This document shows, piece after piece, positions 24,601-37,300 of a DNA stretch of 64,000 bases (position 1 is the stretch's first letter; each line of letters opens with the position of its first letter). A model generated the notes under the pieces. The model was not told the DNA's origin, searched no databases, and worked only from the letters and a program-made list of their open reading frames with translations. Made by a program: the position numbers and the translations under genes. Source of the stretch: Phoronis australis (Eukaryota; Animalia; Phoronida). The stretch covers positions 10,441-74,440 of the forward strand of contig NMRA01000558.1 in NCBI GenBank assembly GCA_002633005.1, in the 5' to 3' direction.

Positions 24601-26627
24601 CACTGGAAGTCTACTAGACTAAGTCTATTTGAATTGTATTGAAAATTTTAAATAAAAAGGCTGGTAAATTTCTGAGTTTTATCGACTGTGACCAAAGTTT
24701 CTTCAACTTAGAGAATATCACAGCAGGCTGTATCTCAACAAAAATTTAAACAAAGGTATAAATTGTTAGAAATCTTTAATTCCAGTATTCCAACAGCTTA
24801 TATTGTACCATCCGTATTTATAGTCAACAAACACCATGAAATTCAATGACTTTCAACAATGCAAGTATACTGTTGGCTTACAAAATGACACTGCTTGCTC
24901 CAGTTAAAGGAAACTTGACCATACTAATAAAGGTGAAAGCCAGCTAATCAAGTTAAGGGAGCAAGGGTAAAAACAATAGTGCTAGAGAATGGAGTTGGAA
25001 AGTGAAGATCAATCTCATGCATGTTTGACTCGAGATAAGATTTCAAAATAAACACATTGGATGGGCATCAAGAGGAGATACTACAAAACCTACTGGTAGA
25101 TCACAACAAGATAAACAAATTAGCCATAAGCTACAATATGATAACATCAGCAGCTGCGTCATTCGCAGGCGATATAAATTGCCCTCAACTCGATGGCTTC
25201 TTTGGAGCGGTGGATTTTAAGGTTAGCGAGCCCGTCAAGTTACCCACTCTCCCAGGTGCCAAAGCAACTAAAAAGTACCACAGAACTAGTCCACTGGGTG
25301 AACAGTTAATTTTCTCTCCAATGCTCAATTTCAATCTTGTGTTTTTACTGGTCAGCACAGTACTCACTAAGTATAGTACCTAGGACTAGGCTACTACATA
25401 GGCGGTGCAGCACCGAAATAAGTGGGGGTGGCTATACACTGTAGACCCCCAGCCCCCTATGGTGCACACCACCCATGTCCATGGGCAGCGCAACACTTAA
25501 ACAAGTGGGGCTATAACCCCACCAACCCCCTACCGTGCGCCGCCCATGTACTAGAACATTACAGAAGCCACACACTTTTCAGTCATTGCTTGTAGCTTAA
25601 GTTTAAAGTAGACTGAAAAAAAATCTTCAAATGATGCACCATTCAGTCAGTTATACTTTCAAAATCGTAAATGTTGGGTTGCGCTCCTGTTGCCACTTGC
25701 CAGTGCCTGGCGTTGTGCAGTGTTGAGTGAGCAGTGGCAGACCTACGTTTTCAGTAAAAGGGGGTTTAGGATTAGAGCGAATTCAGGGTGCATAGCGCCG
25801 ACCATAGGGATTCTTTGTGGTTTTTAGTAGCTAATTTCGTTTTTCTGGTGAAAACTGTTTTCTATTTTAATTTTTGATTCTGTCCCAAAGGGGGTTGAAC
25901 CTCCTGAACCCCACCTGTAGATCTGCCTCTGGTGTGCTCGGTGAACGATAGACAGTAGTCACAGTACCACGGCTCCAACTCGCACGAATACTCCTGTAAT
26001 AAAACTTTTTTTGAACAGTCCTTCGTTCAGTAGCTCAAAGCGGCAACTGGCCATTTTTACGCTACTGCTGCCAGAGGAACTGACAATTAACATATTCCTT
26101 AGCTTGATAGGAGTATTTGTTTGAGTTGGAAGGAATTAAAGACATCAGCAGCTGCCCAAGATGTCTCTCTGCGTGCAAAAGGTAATTATAGCAACACGAC
26201 TTTGAAAGTTTATCCAGTGTGAGGCATATAATTTGCCGAAACCTTTCTGGCATATGGTCGAGGGAGTAGGCTATGGCTATGGATCATGGACAGGATGCAT
26301 GGCCACTGTCTCTACTGGCACTGTCAGCTGAGACCGTGGTAAGCTGCCAACTGAAGTTGAAGGGGCACTGCCACTTGAGACGGTGGTATTTTGAAGTTGA
26401 AGGCCTGTTTTTTTAAATAGTTTACTGTTTCAAGGCTTGAGATCAACCTTAGGCTTAGATCAGCCCCTACCCTAGTAGGCCGACCTGCACAGAGACTGAA
26501 ACTCTACACTTTCGTTGTTTATGTGACAACATGACCACTATTTGATGATTTCTTGAAATCTAACTGTTTAACAATACAGTTTAACTAATTTTTAACAAAC
26601 AACAAGTCTGCGGCTAAGCAATTACAT
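21683..26627 (-). CDS. C2orf76: C2orf76/UPF0538 (DUF2340, ubiquitin-like fold) homologue, ~128 aa
   Basis: Exons 24519-24332 (SGDTTKATLTVRLIRSFEHRNIKHVVLKCVDL..LPFKRFQF), 23739-23702 (DAMKIQHKAYGAK), 21841-21683 (SSDPVIVLENDEDLLL..GVEHETEISCFKMEDYLKYKSNPKLVW*). Phases match. The first two bases of the ATG are proposed at 26627-26626 (AT|gtaatt), which is less certain. Confidence 0.9.
25397..25547. mobile_element. GC-rich MITE, same family as 1392-1536
   Basis: CATAGGCGGTGCA...GCGCCGCCCATG with a tandem internal GTGGGG..GCTATA..CCCC duplication. Confidence 0.55.
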
Positions 26628-27900
26628 TGTCCTGGATGCCGCTGGCCAACCAAGGGGCTACGAGTCTGTTGTGTGACGGCACACGACAGTAGTCTGGTGT
26701 GTGGCTGAGACATCCGTCCCTGCAGTTGTCGAATCTCCCGCTGCTGAAGTCAAGACGGGCTCTGGCATTGTCGGCGTTGTGAGCAGTGATCTATTGTGTA
26801 TTGAGTAGTGACTTCAATTGTGTTGATACTGACCACCGCCATAGAAAGTAGCCAGGTAAGGCTGATCTTATAACCAGTCTCAACATAGTCATAGACATTC
26901 ATTAAGACAGCACAAAACAAGTCGTTGACGTTAGTCTGCGCTGAGGCACGAATCATTCGGTTCGAATAGTGTCTGCAACTATAATAAAACAGATTGCAGC
27001 ACATGACAACAAATTTCCCAATGACTCATGCTTTAGAAACATGTAGTCAGTGGTGCCAGCAGCGACAGAAGAACAGGTAAACTCAAGTTAAGGGTCTATG
27101 CCTGTGGACCGGGTTGCACAAAACTTACATGATCCAACATCTGAAGGTCAAGGTCGCATTGCTGCACGCAAGCTTGGAATCCTACTTAATCTCAAGATCG
27201 CGGATGCGTGAGCTTGGAATTGAATATGCATTAAGCCAATCAGGTGTAATTTTTTGTTCAGTGTATATAATTTTTATATTTATTGGTTTCATGACCAATT
27301 AATCTCTCTTTTAGCGTAACGTGTGTGTAAGAACCAGATGAATACGTGAATATTATTCTTTGGTCACAATAAGATCACCGAGATTTGTGCATTCCAAGTT
27401 CATGCATACGCGATCTTGAGATTAAGTAGGATCCCAAGTTAGCGCACAGCAGCTTGCCCGAGTGCCATCTACCGTTCAGTATTGCACCATCGACACGCAA
27501 CGAATGTCGTGCGTTAGTTCGAAGCTAACTTGTTGAATTGTTTGAAATTACTTTGAGTTAGTCGTCTACTGCTGTTGCTTTTCTGTTCTACTATTCAGGT
27601 TAGTTCGAAACAAATTCAAGCCACTCACTTTGTGAGTGTTAAATTGATCACTCTGGTGATGGGACTGAATTGATCCTATGACGTTCTAACCAATCAATGA
27701 GTTATTTCCCGGTTTTGGCGGGTTCTGCGCGCGTTTTAGTCGTCTGCTGCGTTTCGTACGAGCCTGCAGCACGTGGTTTACTCATTCAGAAGTACTGGAA
27801 GAAGATAGCTAGCGTTTCAAATTTCCGTGCTCTCAACTCTTGGACGTTGAAATGTTAGGAGATACTTTAAACTTCGTTCCAGCTTAGCAAACCAAATACG
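26628..27900. promoter_or_regulatory. Probable bidirectional promoter between C2orf76 (-) and NFX1 (+)
   Basis: Divergent gene orientation; locally CpG-rich segments (26630-26780, 27480-27960) flanked by CpG-poor gene bodies. TSS positions are inferred only. Confidence 0.55.
27160..27451. mobile_element. Foldback MITE inside the putative bidirectional promoter
   Basis: ~60-bp imperfect inverted repeats: GCTGCACGCAAGCTTGGAATCCTACTTAATCTCAAGATCGCG (27161-) and CGCGATCTTGAGATTAAGTAGGATCCCAAGTTAGCGCACAGC (-27450). Confidence 0.7.
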
Positions 27901-28357
27901 GCTCATGTAATGTAATGTATCGTAGGCGGCCGTCTCACTAATGTGACGATCGATGGTTTCTACGTTACAGCTAACCTTGGCTTCTACTAGTTCTTGGTGA
28001 GACTTGGTGCTTGTTCAAAGATGAGCTTTGGGAACGACCTTAGTAAAAATATAGCAAAACAAAGTTGAGCACCTTCACGAGAGCATGTTGTTCATATTGC
28101 TGTTTTGCCTTGCAAAGACTGAAAGTTTAGTGCTGCCTTTTGCGATGGCCTACTGCCCTACTAGGCGTTATTCATGTATGACATCTTTGACTTTGACTTT
28201 ACAACTGCAGTAACTGTCTAAAGTTTTCTGTGTATTTTGTTTTGTGAAGAAATCTAACAAATTGAAATTTCACTTTACGAATTGTTTGCTGAATAAGGTA
28301 CAAAGTACATCTTTCACGTCTACTCCCTTTTTCTCTGTTTAAGGTTTTTCTACGTTT

Positions 28358-31300
28358 ATGAACATGAGTGAAAACAAGTCCAATGCAGAGTCGATCTCTT
28401 CAAACACTCAAAAGTCTGTGTCTGGTGTGAAAAGCAAGGGTAAGACACTGTCAGCCGATGCAGAAGTCTTCTGCCCCAGATCACAAAACAGTCCTGATCA
28501 GAGAACAGTCAACGATGTTTACAATGTGCCGCTTGGTCATACAGCATTCCCTGCTGCAATATCTGGTGCCACTGGAGTTGTGGATTTCCAAAGTAAATTC
28601 TTATTTAATGGTTTTGCTTGGCTGCAAAATATAATTGTTTCCGGCAAAATCTCGCCGATTTTGGACAATTGTAATTTTATTGCTAAGAATGTCCACATAT
28701 ATAACACTGTAGTTTTTAATGCACACATTTTCAAAGTATTGTCAGGCATAACTGTGGTACAAAACTTGAAAAATCATGTAATTAGAGTGCTACATGCTTT
28801 TCCTTAAAAAATGATGAAATAAATTTTCTTGTCGACCATATATTGTCCTAAACTAGTGAGATTTTACTGAATGAAGTTTGTCCCATGCACTCAATGGAAT
28901 CTGCTGTGTGTTGTGCTTAAAATGATGTCAACTTTTTACTAAGCAGATGTGCTTTTTAACACCAGGTTATATTGTTACACAGCTGAGCAGTGGAATGAGT
29001 ATCCCGGCCACTGGCAGATTGTCCAGTCGGGATACAGCTGTGTGTGTAGTTATCAGTTTGACTGTGACAAACTAATGAAATCATAAAAAGTTTTGAGGCA
29101 TCCAGTTGAAAAAACACAGATAAAATTTGAATCTAATTCTGGAATTTGAAATAAAACTTTCTAGAGTAAGCAGCGTTGTGTCCGTCTCTCCCGGACTTCA
29201 GCTTGGCTTATAGTTGGCATTTTAACCAGAATTTATAAATAACCTCAATAGCCAAGCTGAAGACCCTGAGAGGTGGACGCAACGTCGCTAACTTTAGTTA
29301 AGTTTTATTTCAAATTCCAATATTAGATTCAAATTTTATCAGTGACAAACTAATGTTTACATAGTCCAGTTCTCCAATTATGTGCTTTCATCTGATGCTC
29401 ACATAATCCAGCAGTTACGTTGTGAACAGCGCGCCCTATGCTAACCGATAGTTAAAAATACTATTTGCAAACAACTTTCAACAATTGTCCTGATAAAGCA
29501 GATGTATTTTTACGAAATACTTCCACCAAAAAGCTTCCAATGGCGGAGAAAAACAGTTGACTTTCAGAGATATTAGACTTAACTTTCACCTGCCGATTCC
29601 TTTGTGTGACTGTAAGCTCTAACTAGCTTAACCACAGTATTGTGTACCATCACAAAAAGGCGTGCTTGACAAGTTTAATCAAGTGATTCTAAATTAAATT
29701 GTGGTAGTGAAAATTTGATTTTTACACCTCAGGATAATGGTATATTAGTCAATGTATCTTATATTTCAAACTGTTTAGAAACAAGTACTAGTAGCTTAAA
29801 ATGCTAGACATTTACTTCCTTGCAATTGAAGAAATTTCTGTTGAATTAAACTAATTATGAGCAATTCCATGAGGTTGTACATGCAGTGTTGGGGACATTT
29901 CAATGAATCAATTTGAAGAGTTTGAAATTAATATCCTTTTTTCTGAGAAATTTGAAAGTTTTTGAAAGATATTCTTGCTTGCATATAGTAAACTGTAAAA
30001 AGTTTCAAAAAGATTACTACAACATTCAACATGTATGCATTCTTTATTCTGTGTAACGGTGGGCACCAACAAATCCTGTGTTTAGACTATTGAGCAAATT
30101 ACAAATTAATGCTTTTGAACTAAGAAACAAAAATTAAAAAGCAAACACCTCATTAGTGAATCGTAGTGCTACCATGTGCCATTGGTGTCAAAAAAGCGTA
30201 TTTTGCATGTTTGTCAAAATCGAGAAAGATTGGCCCCACCTGGTGTGAGGAAGACATTTAACAGACTTTTGCCTCTCTGACAAATTTGGAGGTTTCAACA
30301 TCATAACTCATCCCCTGTGTTTTCTACAGCTGAGTACTACTATGACATTTAAAAAGTAGCAAATATTTGTAAGAAAGTCGGTGTGGATAGATTTCAGTGC
30401 ATAATTGAGCAGTAATGTAATTTCATCCAGGAACATGAAGTATCGAGTGTCATGAGATGACCATTTATTTAATTCAGTAGATGAAGTTTCCCCACCTTTT
30501 TGTAATGGAGGGCACATTTTGAATTTGTACAAGACTGACACATTCATTTAGTTCCAAAAACACATCAGGTGATAATTGCATCTTAAGCTCTTTACGTGTC
30601 CCAACTTAAAAAATCTTGAGCTTATCATTGTATCATGCATTATGATTGTCCCCTTCATTACGTTCATTTTGCTTTAACATGCTAAATATCATTCTGTAGT
30701 ATCAAATTTCTTGCCTGTTTCAATTTTATTAGTAAATCAATTAGAAATTCAGCGCCTCTGACATCCAGAACCAGTTTTTGAAACAAGTTTTTTCTAAAGT
30801 AAAATTCAGTTTTTGTATTTTTACGTCCATTTTACTTAGGAATCACCCTTAAAATAGCTGTGTTGTTATTTCAGATTGTGGGTATGGTCATGTTGCTCCT
30901 AATTTCAATCCTGTTGGTGTTCCTTTTTTAATGGTTAGTGACGTTACCAGTGATACATATCAACAACATTCAGAATATGATCACAGAGGTCAAGGACAAC
31001 GTAACAGCGCTAGAAATGCCTCTCAGCCTAGGGCAAATCAGAAGTCTTTTACTAGGAACCGTCAATTCAATCAACGTTACCAACTTGGTGACCAGAAGCC
31101 AACGGTTGTATCCAGTCGGTCCAACCAAAGCCATGAGCTACAAGAGCAGCAACAACTGGTGTTGGGTCAGAAACAGTGGGAGCCCCACGGGAGTCATAAA
31201 AAATTTCATCATCACCCTCAGCGTAAGCACGGTCATCACACTAGAGAACAACAACGGGCACAGATGCATCAGCAGCAATATCAGGCTGGGGACCAGAGCA

Positions 31301-34300
31301 GGAATGGACGATGTGGACAGCGGTACCAACAGGGCAACGTTACCGACCAACACCCTCAGCAGGAGCAGCAACACCAACTGCGTGAAAGTCATCAAAGTCC
31401 CAGAAGTCACCAGCATCGTCAGAACAGTGATAGACGCTTTAATAACCAGCGTGGCAACACAACTCAAGTTAAAACCAGAGCTGCGGGTGCCGTGGTGCGA
31501 TCACGAGATCAGGGTGAAGCGGCAATGGCAGCCATTTTGGCAAAGGTAGACAACTTCAGTCAGAAGTCCAGACCCAAGACTAGTTCTCAGGAGACTTTTG
31601 TGAACAAGCCATTGAATATGGTAGACTGTAGCAGCTCTAAATTGGCAGTCAGTGACACTGATAGCCATGATTGTAGTGTTAATACAGAACGTAGAAGGAA
31701 GCAAGGAGCAAGACAAGTGGCTACAGACAATGATGAAACACAAAGAGGTATGACGAAGTTTGATTCTCATTACTGGGTTTAGCAATGGCATTTCTGTGAT
31801 GTGTACTCTAGTAAATAAGCTGTTTTAATGTTCTTAGTCGTAACTCGTAGGCATTCTATGATCAATCGGTTGATATTGCAAATTGTCTCATCGAAGTTCT
31901 TATGCAGCATTTTTATGCATCCACATATGATACCTCAAAAGCCACTTGATGCATTTTGCCCTGCCTCAAAGCTTCACGTGACATGATTTTGTTCGTTTTT
32001 TGTAAGAGAGCTTGCTTCAGGATGGAATGTAGAGGACTGGCAGGTTGACAGATTTCAATGGAACTTGACACATTGGTATATGACTCAAATGCCCCAGTAT
32101 CGGCCAACTTTCGGGCCGGGTCACTTACTGCAGCTCTCTTAAGTACCTATTGTGACCTCTGCAAGGCACATTTTCAGTATTTTTGGGTTCCGAAGATGAT
32201 AGAGCATTTCCGATCGACATTTTATTGTGAACTGATTGACAGATTTCAATGAAGCGAGATATTTGATGATGTAGTAAATGTTAAGGACACTGGTGTCAGA
32301 GTTTTGCGAAACAAATTAAAGCTAAAATGGTTGGCATGTTACTTTAACGTTCTACAGGCCCATTGTAACATACATTGTGCTTTAACTTTTCTGATCACAC
32401 CCAACACGTCTAATGTTCTGCTTGTGGAGTTTTGCAAGTGTTCTAATGTTCTTGTTATCTGTGACAGTTCTAACTGAAACTGGTTTACGTTCGAAGCATT
32501 CTCTGTTCTAATGCTTTGGTAGGTGAAACACCAATCAACATGGTGTTCTGGTGTTTCATTTCGCTTATTCCTAAAACACACGAGCCACAAGGGACAGTAA
32601 TATTGATTCTGGACCAAGTTTGACTTATTAATAATCTTCTTCATTACGTATCCTGGATACCAGCGTTAGTGCTGAACAATATGTGATTTCACAACAATTT
32701 TTTAAGGCTTCAATAGCTTCCTGGGTATTTGACAGAATAACCATCAATTTATTTAGGATTCCGTTTTCAAACATTTCGGCAACTTTAGTTGTTGCAAAGG
32801 CCTCTGTTTGGAAGCCAAAACTTCCAACTAAGAGATTTTCAGTTGGTATATCAGCTGGTATTTAATACGAAAACCCACTTCAACCAGATCATTTATTTCT
32901 TGAACCATCACTGTTTACTTTAATGGAGCTTATGTCAACGTTCTTTTCATATTCGACAACACTATTTCTATTTACAATAAGACATTCAAAGTTCCCTTCA
33001 AAAGTCTTGGTTGTGTAAAATATAGTAGCGATTGCACTAGGTGTTAAATGCGTGTTTACCTGCCTTGTTACGCCATGTGTCTAAATATGCTAAGGCCACT
33101 TGTTTTTCCGTTGACTTTAAGCCAGTAGACTTGGTTAATGATGGCGACACCTTCTCTCTTCCGAGTTAGTAGTTTCTTTGTCACAGGAACTTGCTCATCG
33201 AGACGCATTTATTATTATAATAATTATTATTGTTGTTATTGTTATTATTAATGTTATGTTTATGATGAGGGTAGCCCCATCAGTTCACACTGCTTTCCAT
33301 GGGGTCCCTCAGGTCATTGATAATACTTAGAGCATGTCTCTATTTTTGTGTGCAGGAGTTCTTATTGAACAACTTCGAGGTGCCACATACGAGTGCATGG
33401 TCTGCTATGACGTGGTGAGGTGTGAGACTGCAGTTTGGAACTGTTCAAGTTGCTATCATGTCTATCATTTGTACTGTATCAAAAAGTGGGCTCGTTCTCC
33501 CACTGCTCAGGTAAGTAGAAGCCAGGGAAGTTAAAATAACTTAAAGCAGCTTTTAACTTTTGAGTTTTGCGTGTTGCCCATTGGTTCTGGTCTTTACCCC
33601 TTATTCTTTCTCAGACTTGTGCTCGCTGACTATGACTTAAAACAAAATACCATTGATACCACATCAATTTCAGCGAAGGTGGCATTTATTGAATAGCTAC
33701 ACCAAGGCATGTAAGGTGGGTTAAAAATGCATGATTTGCCAATCCATGAGTAAAAAAACAATTCCGCCACCACCAACCTCTGACTCAATTTTCAAAAAAA
33801 AAAAAAAAAAGTTAGACCAGAACCAACTGATGCCTTTTGGCCCCATATTTCAGAGTGACTCTGACTGAAAGCTATTGATGTTAATCATCTTTAAGTTAAT
33901 GTTTTGTAAATAAAGTGGTTCAATCCATTTTCCAACTACTAACAAAATTATCCTTAGTGTTTGGGATTTCAAACTTTCACTAACCACCAACGTGTTTACC
34001 TTGTTAATTTCTGACCATTGTCTTTTGTTTAGGGTATGGGGAACAGAGATGACTGTTTTGATAACATCGCCTTTACTCTCAACACAGTAGACTGATTCCT
34101 CTAGTAATGCACATACTAGCCCATCCTGAATTCCCCAGAAAAACTGAAAATAGTTGAATAGGGTAGTGCCTAAGGCTGTATATGATTTTGCTATATAAAT
34201 CTATTTTGATTAGTATGAGCAAGAATTGAGTCTCCTTAAGACGCATATATATGTTGGTCGCATCTCGAGACCTCAAGTTCAGTCTAAGCCCAGACGTGGC

Positions 34301-37300
34301 GGTTGGGATAGTTCAATGGACTAGAGTGTTTGCACGGTTTGCAGAGAGCCTTGGGTTCGATCTCTGGTTGATACAGAGAATTTCTTTTCAGACTTTACTC
34401 CAGGTTCTGTTTTGTGACCAACATATGACATGTAAGCATACTAATATTTCCTACTTATACTGTACCTTATTGGTTGATTTGATTACTTGATCAGGAATGT
34501 TTTCAAGCTAGCCAGCAAGTCTTTGAAATTCAGTAATGACATTATGTGGTTTTAGGTCTCTGAGTTGGATGGTGCCTGGAGGTGTCCCTCTTGTCAACAG
34601 GTTACATCAAGGGTGCCCAATCAGTATCGCTGTTTCTGCGGCAAGGTGCGAGATCCCCCATACAATCACCATGAGACTCCACACAGCTGTGGGGAGGTTT
34701 GTCGCAAGAAAAGGGGAGATAACTGCCCTCATCCGTGCAACATGTACGTTCAGTTCATTATTCGTGAAATTCGGGAAATTATTTATAAATATTTTTGGTT
34801 TCCATTTCTCGAAGTTTGCCTTAATTGTAGTCGCGTGTCAGTTGACTTGTACTGACTGTTCTTGTATTGTTCAAGATTTTTCAAAATATACCGAACTATG
34901 TCAAATTCAGTACACCAAACCACATCCACATATCCATTTCTTTTAGACTAGAATCCATTTCAATTCACACTGAATATTGATAATATCTTGTCAGCTTGCA
35001 CGCACTTTCCCGAATTCGCAACAATTTTCAGCTACACGTAGAAGTTTGTTTCAGCAATTAACCATTAGCTGCTAGCTACAATAACTTCACATTTAATGTC
35101 GACAAATGTTTGACAAAAACGCTATGTAACTGCAACGTAAGTTCAAATGAACTACCAAACAGTTTTGGCAAGACGTTTAATCGAAGTTTGGCAGTTATTT
35201 TGAAAGCCACTGTATTGGGTAGAAGACGAAATGAAATTAAGTCTTACGTTGGCTTCGAAGGATGGGTTGTTTTATGTTTTGTAAAGCATACTCATGCCTG
35301 CACTCATTTGTTTGTGGGCTGGCAGAAGTCAGACCTGAGCCTACAGTATAGTTCATTTGTTTGTTATTGGGATTTTGAAACCTCACATCACTTTCTAAGT
35401 AAATTGTTCATACTTTAAAGATTCTGTTTGCTAAAAGTCATTGATTTTGTTTGATGAGAATAGCAGTGTGTGTCATCGTAAAGGGAACCAGAACATACTG
35501 ACATGCTTTTTATTTTCTTTAAAGTCTGTCTTGGACAGTAACACCTGTAAATTTGGTTCCTAGAGTATGTTAAGATCATCGGTCCAAGTCCATCCGACCC
35601 ATAAATTGCCAAATGTAATGAACTGTTAGGCTTATTGGCTAGCTTTTACTTACGTCACTGCGAGAATCATCTTTTAATTCAAACATCTGGGAATAACACC
35701 CACGCACAAGGTTGTTCTATTCAGACCCCTATTCAACTGTTGTGTGTGCAGGTTTCTCGCGCGTTGACACAGTAGGGCATGAAAAGGCAACTTCACGTAT
35801 CATTTGATGAGTCTACATTTGAGTGATAAAACTCACGTTTTCTTATTTTGCTAAGGCTTTGCGAGGACTATCTGGTTAGCCCAATAATCTAAAATAACAA
35901 AATTCCGTTGAAGTTAAGCTTTAAAGTAATGCTGACATGAAATGTTTTGCCACTCACACATTGGCTTTTCTCTCCTCCCAGACTTTGCCACCCTGGTCCT
36001 TGTCCACCGTGTCAGGTGATGGTTAAGAAATCATGTCGATGTCATGCCACCAAAAAGTCAGTACTGTGCAGTCACACCGGTGTACACACCTGCAGCAAGG
36101 TGTGCAACAAACGACTGAACTGTGGACAACACCAGTGCGCTGGTGTATGTCACTCTCCGCCGTGTGCACCGTGCGATGTGCAGGTCACGCAGACGTGTTT
36201 CTGTGGTGCTAGTCAACGGACAGTTCTCTGCGGAAGTGAGAAGTCGCTGTACGATTCATACACTTGTGGAACTCCGTGTGCAAAGTAAGTTTAGTCTTTT
36301 TCATCTGAGTTTCCATGTTTATGGTTACAGTACTTGCTGATGTTATTATAATTATTGTGTCATGTTATTTTTCTGAGACTCATTTAAAAAATTGAGTAAT
36401 AAACAATATAATTGTTTATATTAATATTATGTAAATAATAATTATGCAGGATTTCGGGGGCTTACAATATTATTAAGGCACATGAAAAAGTTCTCTAACA
36501 ATTTGCTTTGTTTGTTGTTTTGTAGTTCTTTTCTTGAAGAATTGTTTTTAAGGTATCTAGCGGATATTACAGTGTCATGAATTCGGATTTCCATTGCAGC
36601 ATAGGGCATGAATTTTTTGTCCTACCAGTCAGCAACAAGTCGGGGTAGTGTTATTGGCTGGCCGGATAAAACAAGTTACCCACTGATCAGCTGAAAGTTG
36701 GCAGACTCTTCTGTTGACTGTAGTGCTGACTACAGTATGGCACCAGTCTGATATTTGTTTTGCCCAAGTTCATCCGCAAATTTCTCAGAAACAAAACTCG
36801 TCGCGTAATTGGCGACTAAGGAGTAAGCTGAATTGTCTGTCAGAGCTCCGGGAACAGATTTCTGGCTCAAGTGTCATCTGCTATGGCCCAACCTTACAAC
36901 TAGCTTACTGTTGGTTGCCTGGCCAAAGTTGTTGATGACTGGTCCAACAAAAATTGTGACTTGTGTTGCAGATTAGAAATCAATCTTTCTCAACAACTTC
37001 ATTTTGCGTGTCAATGAATATTAACTTTTTTAAGTCTCACAGTGTTCACTGACATGTAAAGCCTATTCGTTACATTGTGCATGTTAAATGGTTGGCCTTA
37101 CACATGTCTGTGTGTGCCTTCAGCTGTCTGTTTCTTAGTATCTGATTCATGGTTGAAAACAATTATTCCATTGCCATGCCTTAAAATTTTTGTCACAATC
37201 TAAACCACACTCCCCAACCAGCAAACACCAAATCCACTGTACAAATTACAAACCAGTGCCATTAACCCCATACACTCTCTGAATGTGTTTCAAGAGCTAA

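Noticed and set aside
25057-25383. 108-aa ORF in C2orf76 intron 1
   Set aside because: Non-ATG start, no domain recognised, no supporting splice structure.
30938-31549. 203-aa alternative-frame ORF (and antisense ORFs) overlapping the NFX1 exon
   Set aside because: Shadow of CAR/CAY-rich low-complexity codons that lack stops in other frames; no recognisable domain.
34295-34375. Functional tRNA gene
   Set aside because: A/B boxes are present but acceptor and anticodon stems do not pair; better explained as a SINE head or pseudogene.
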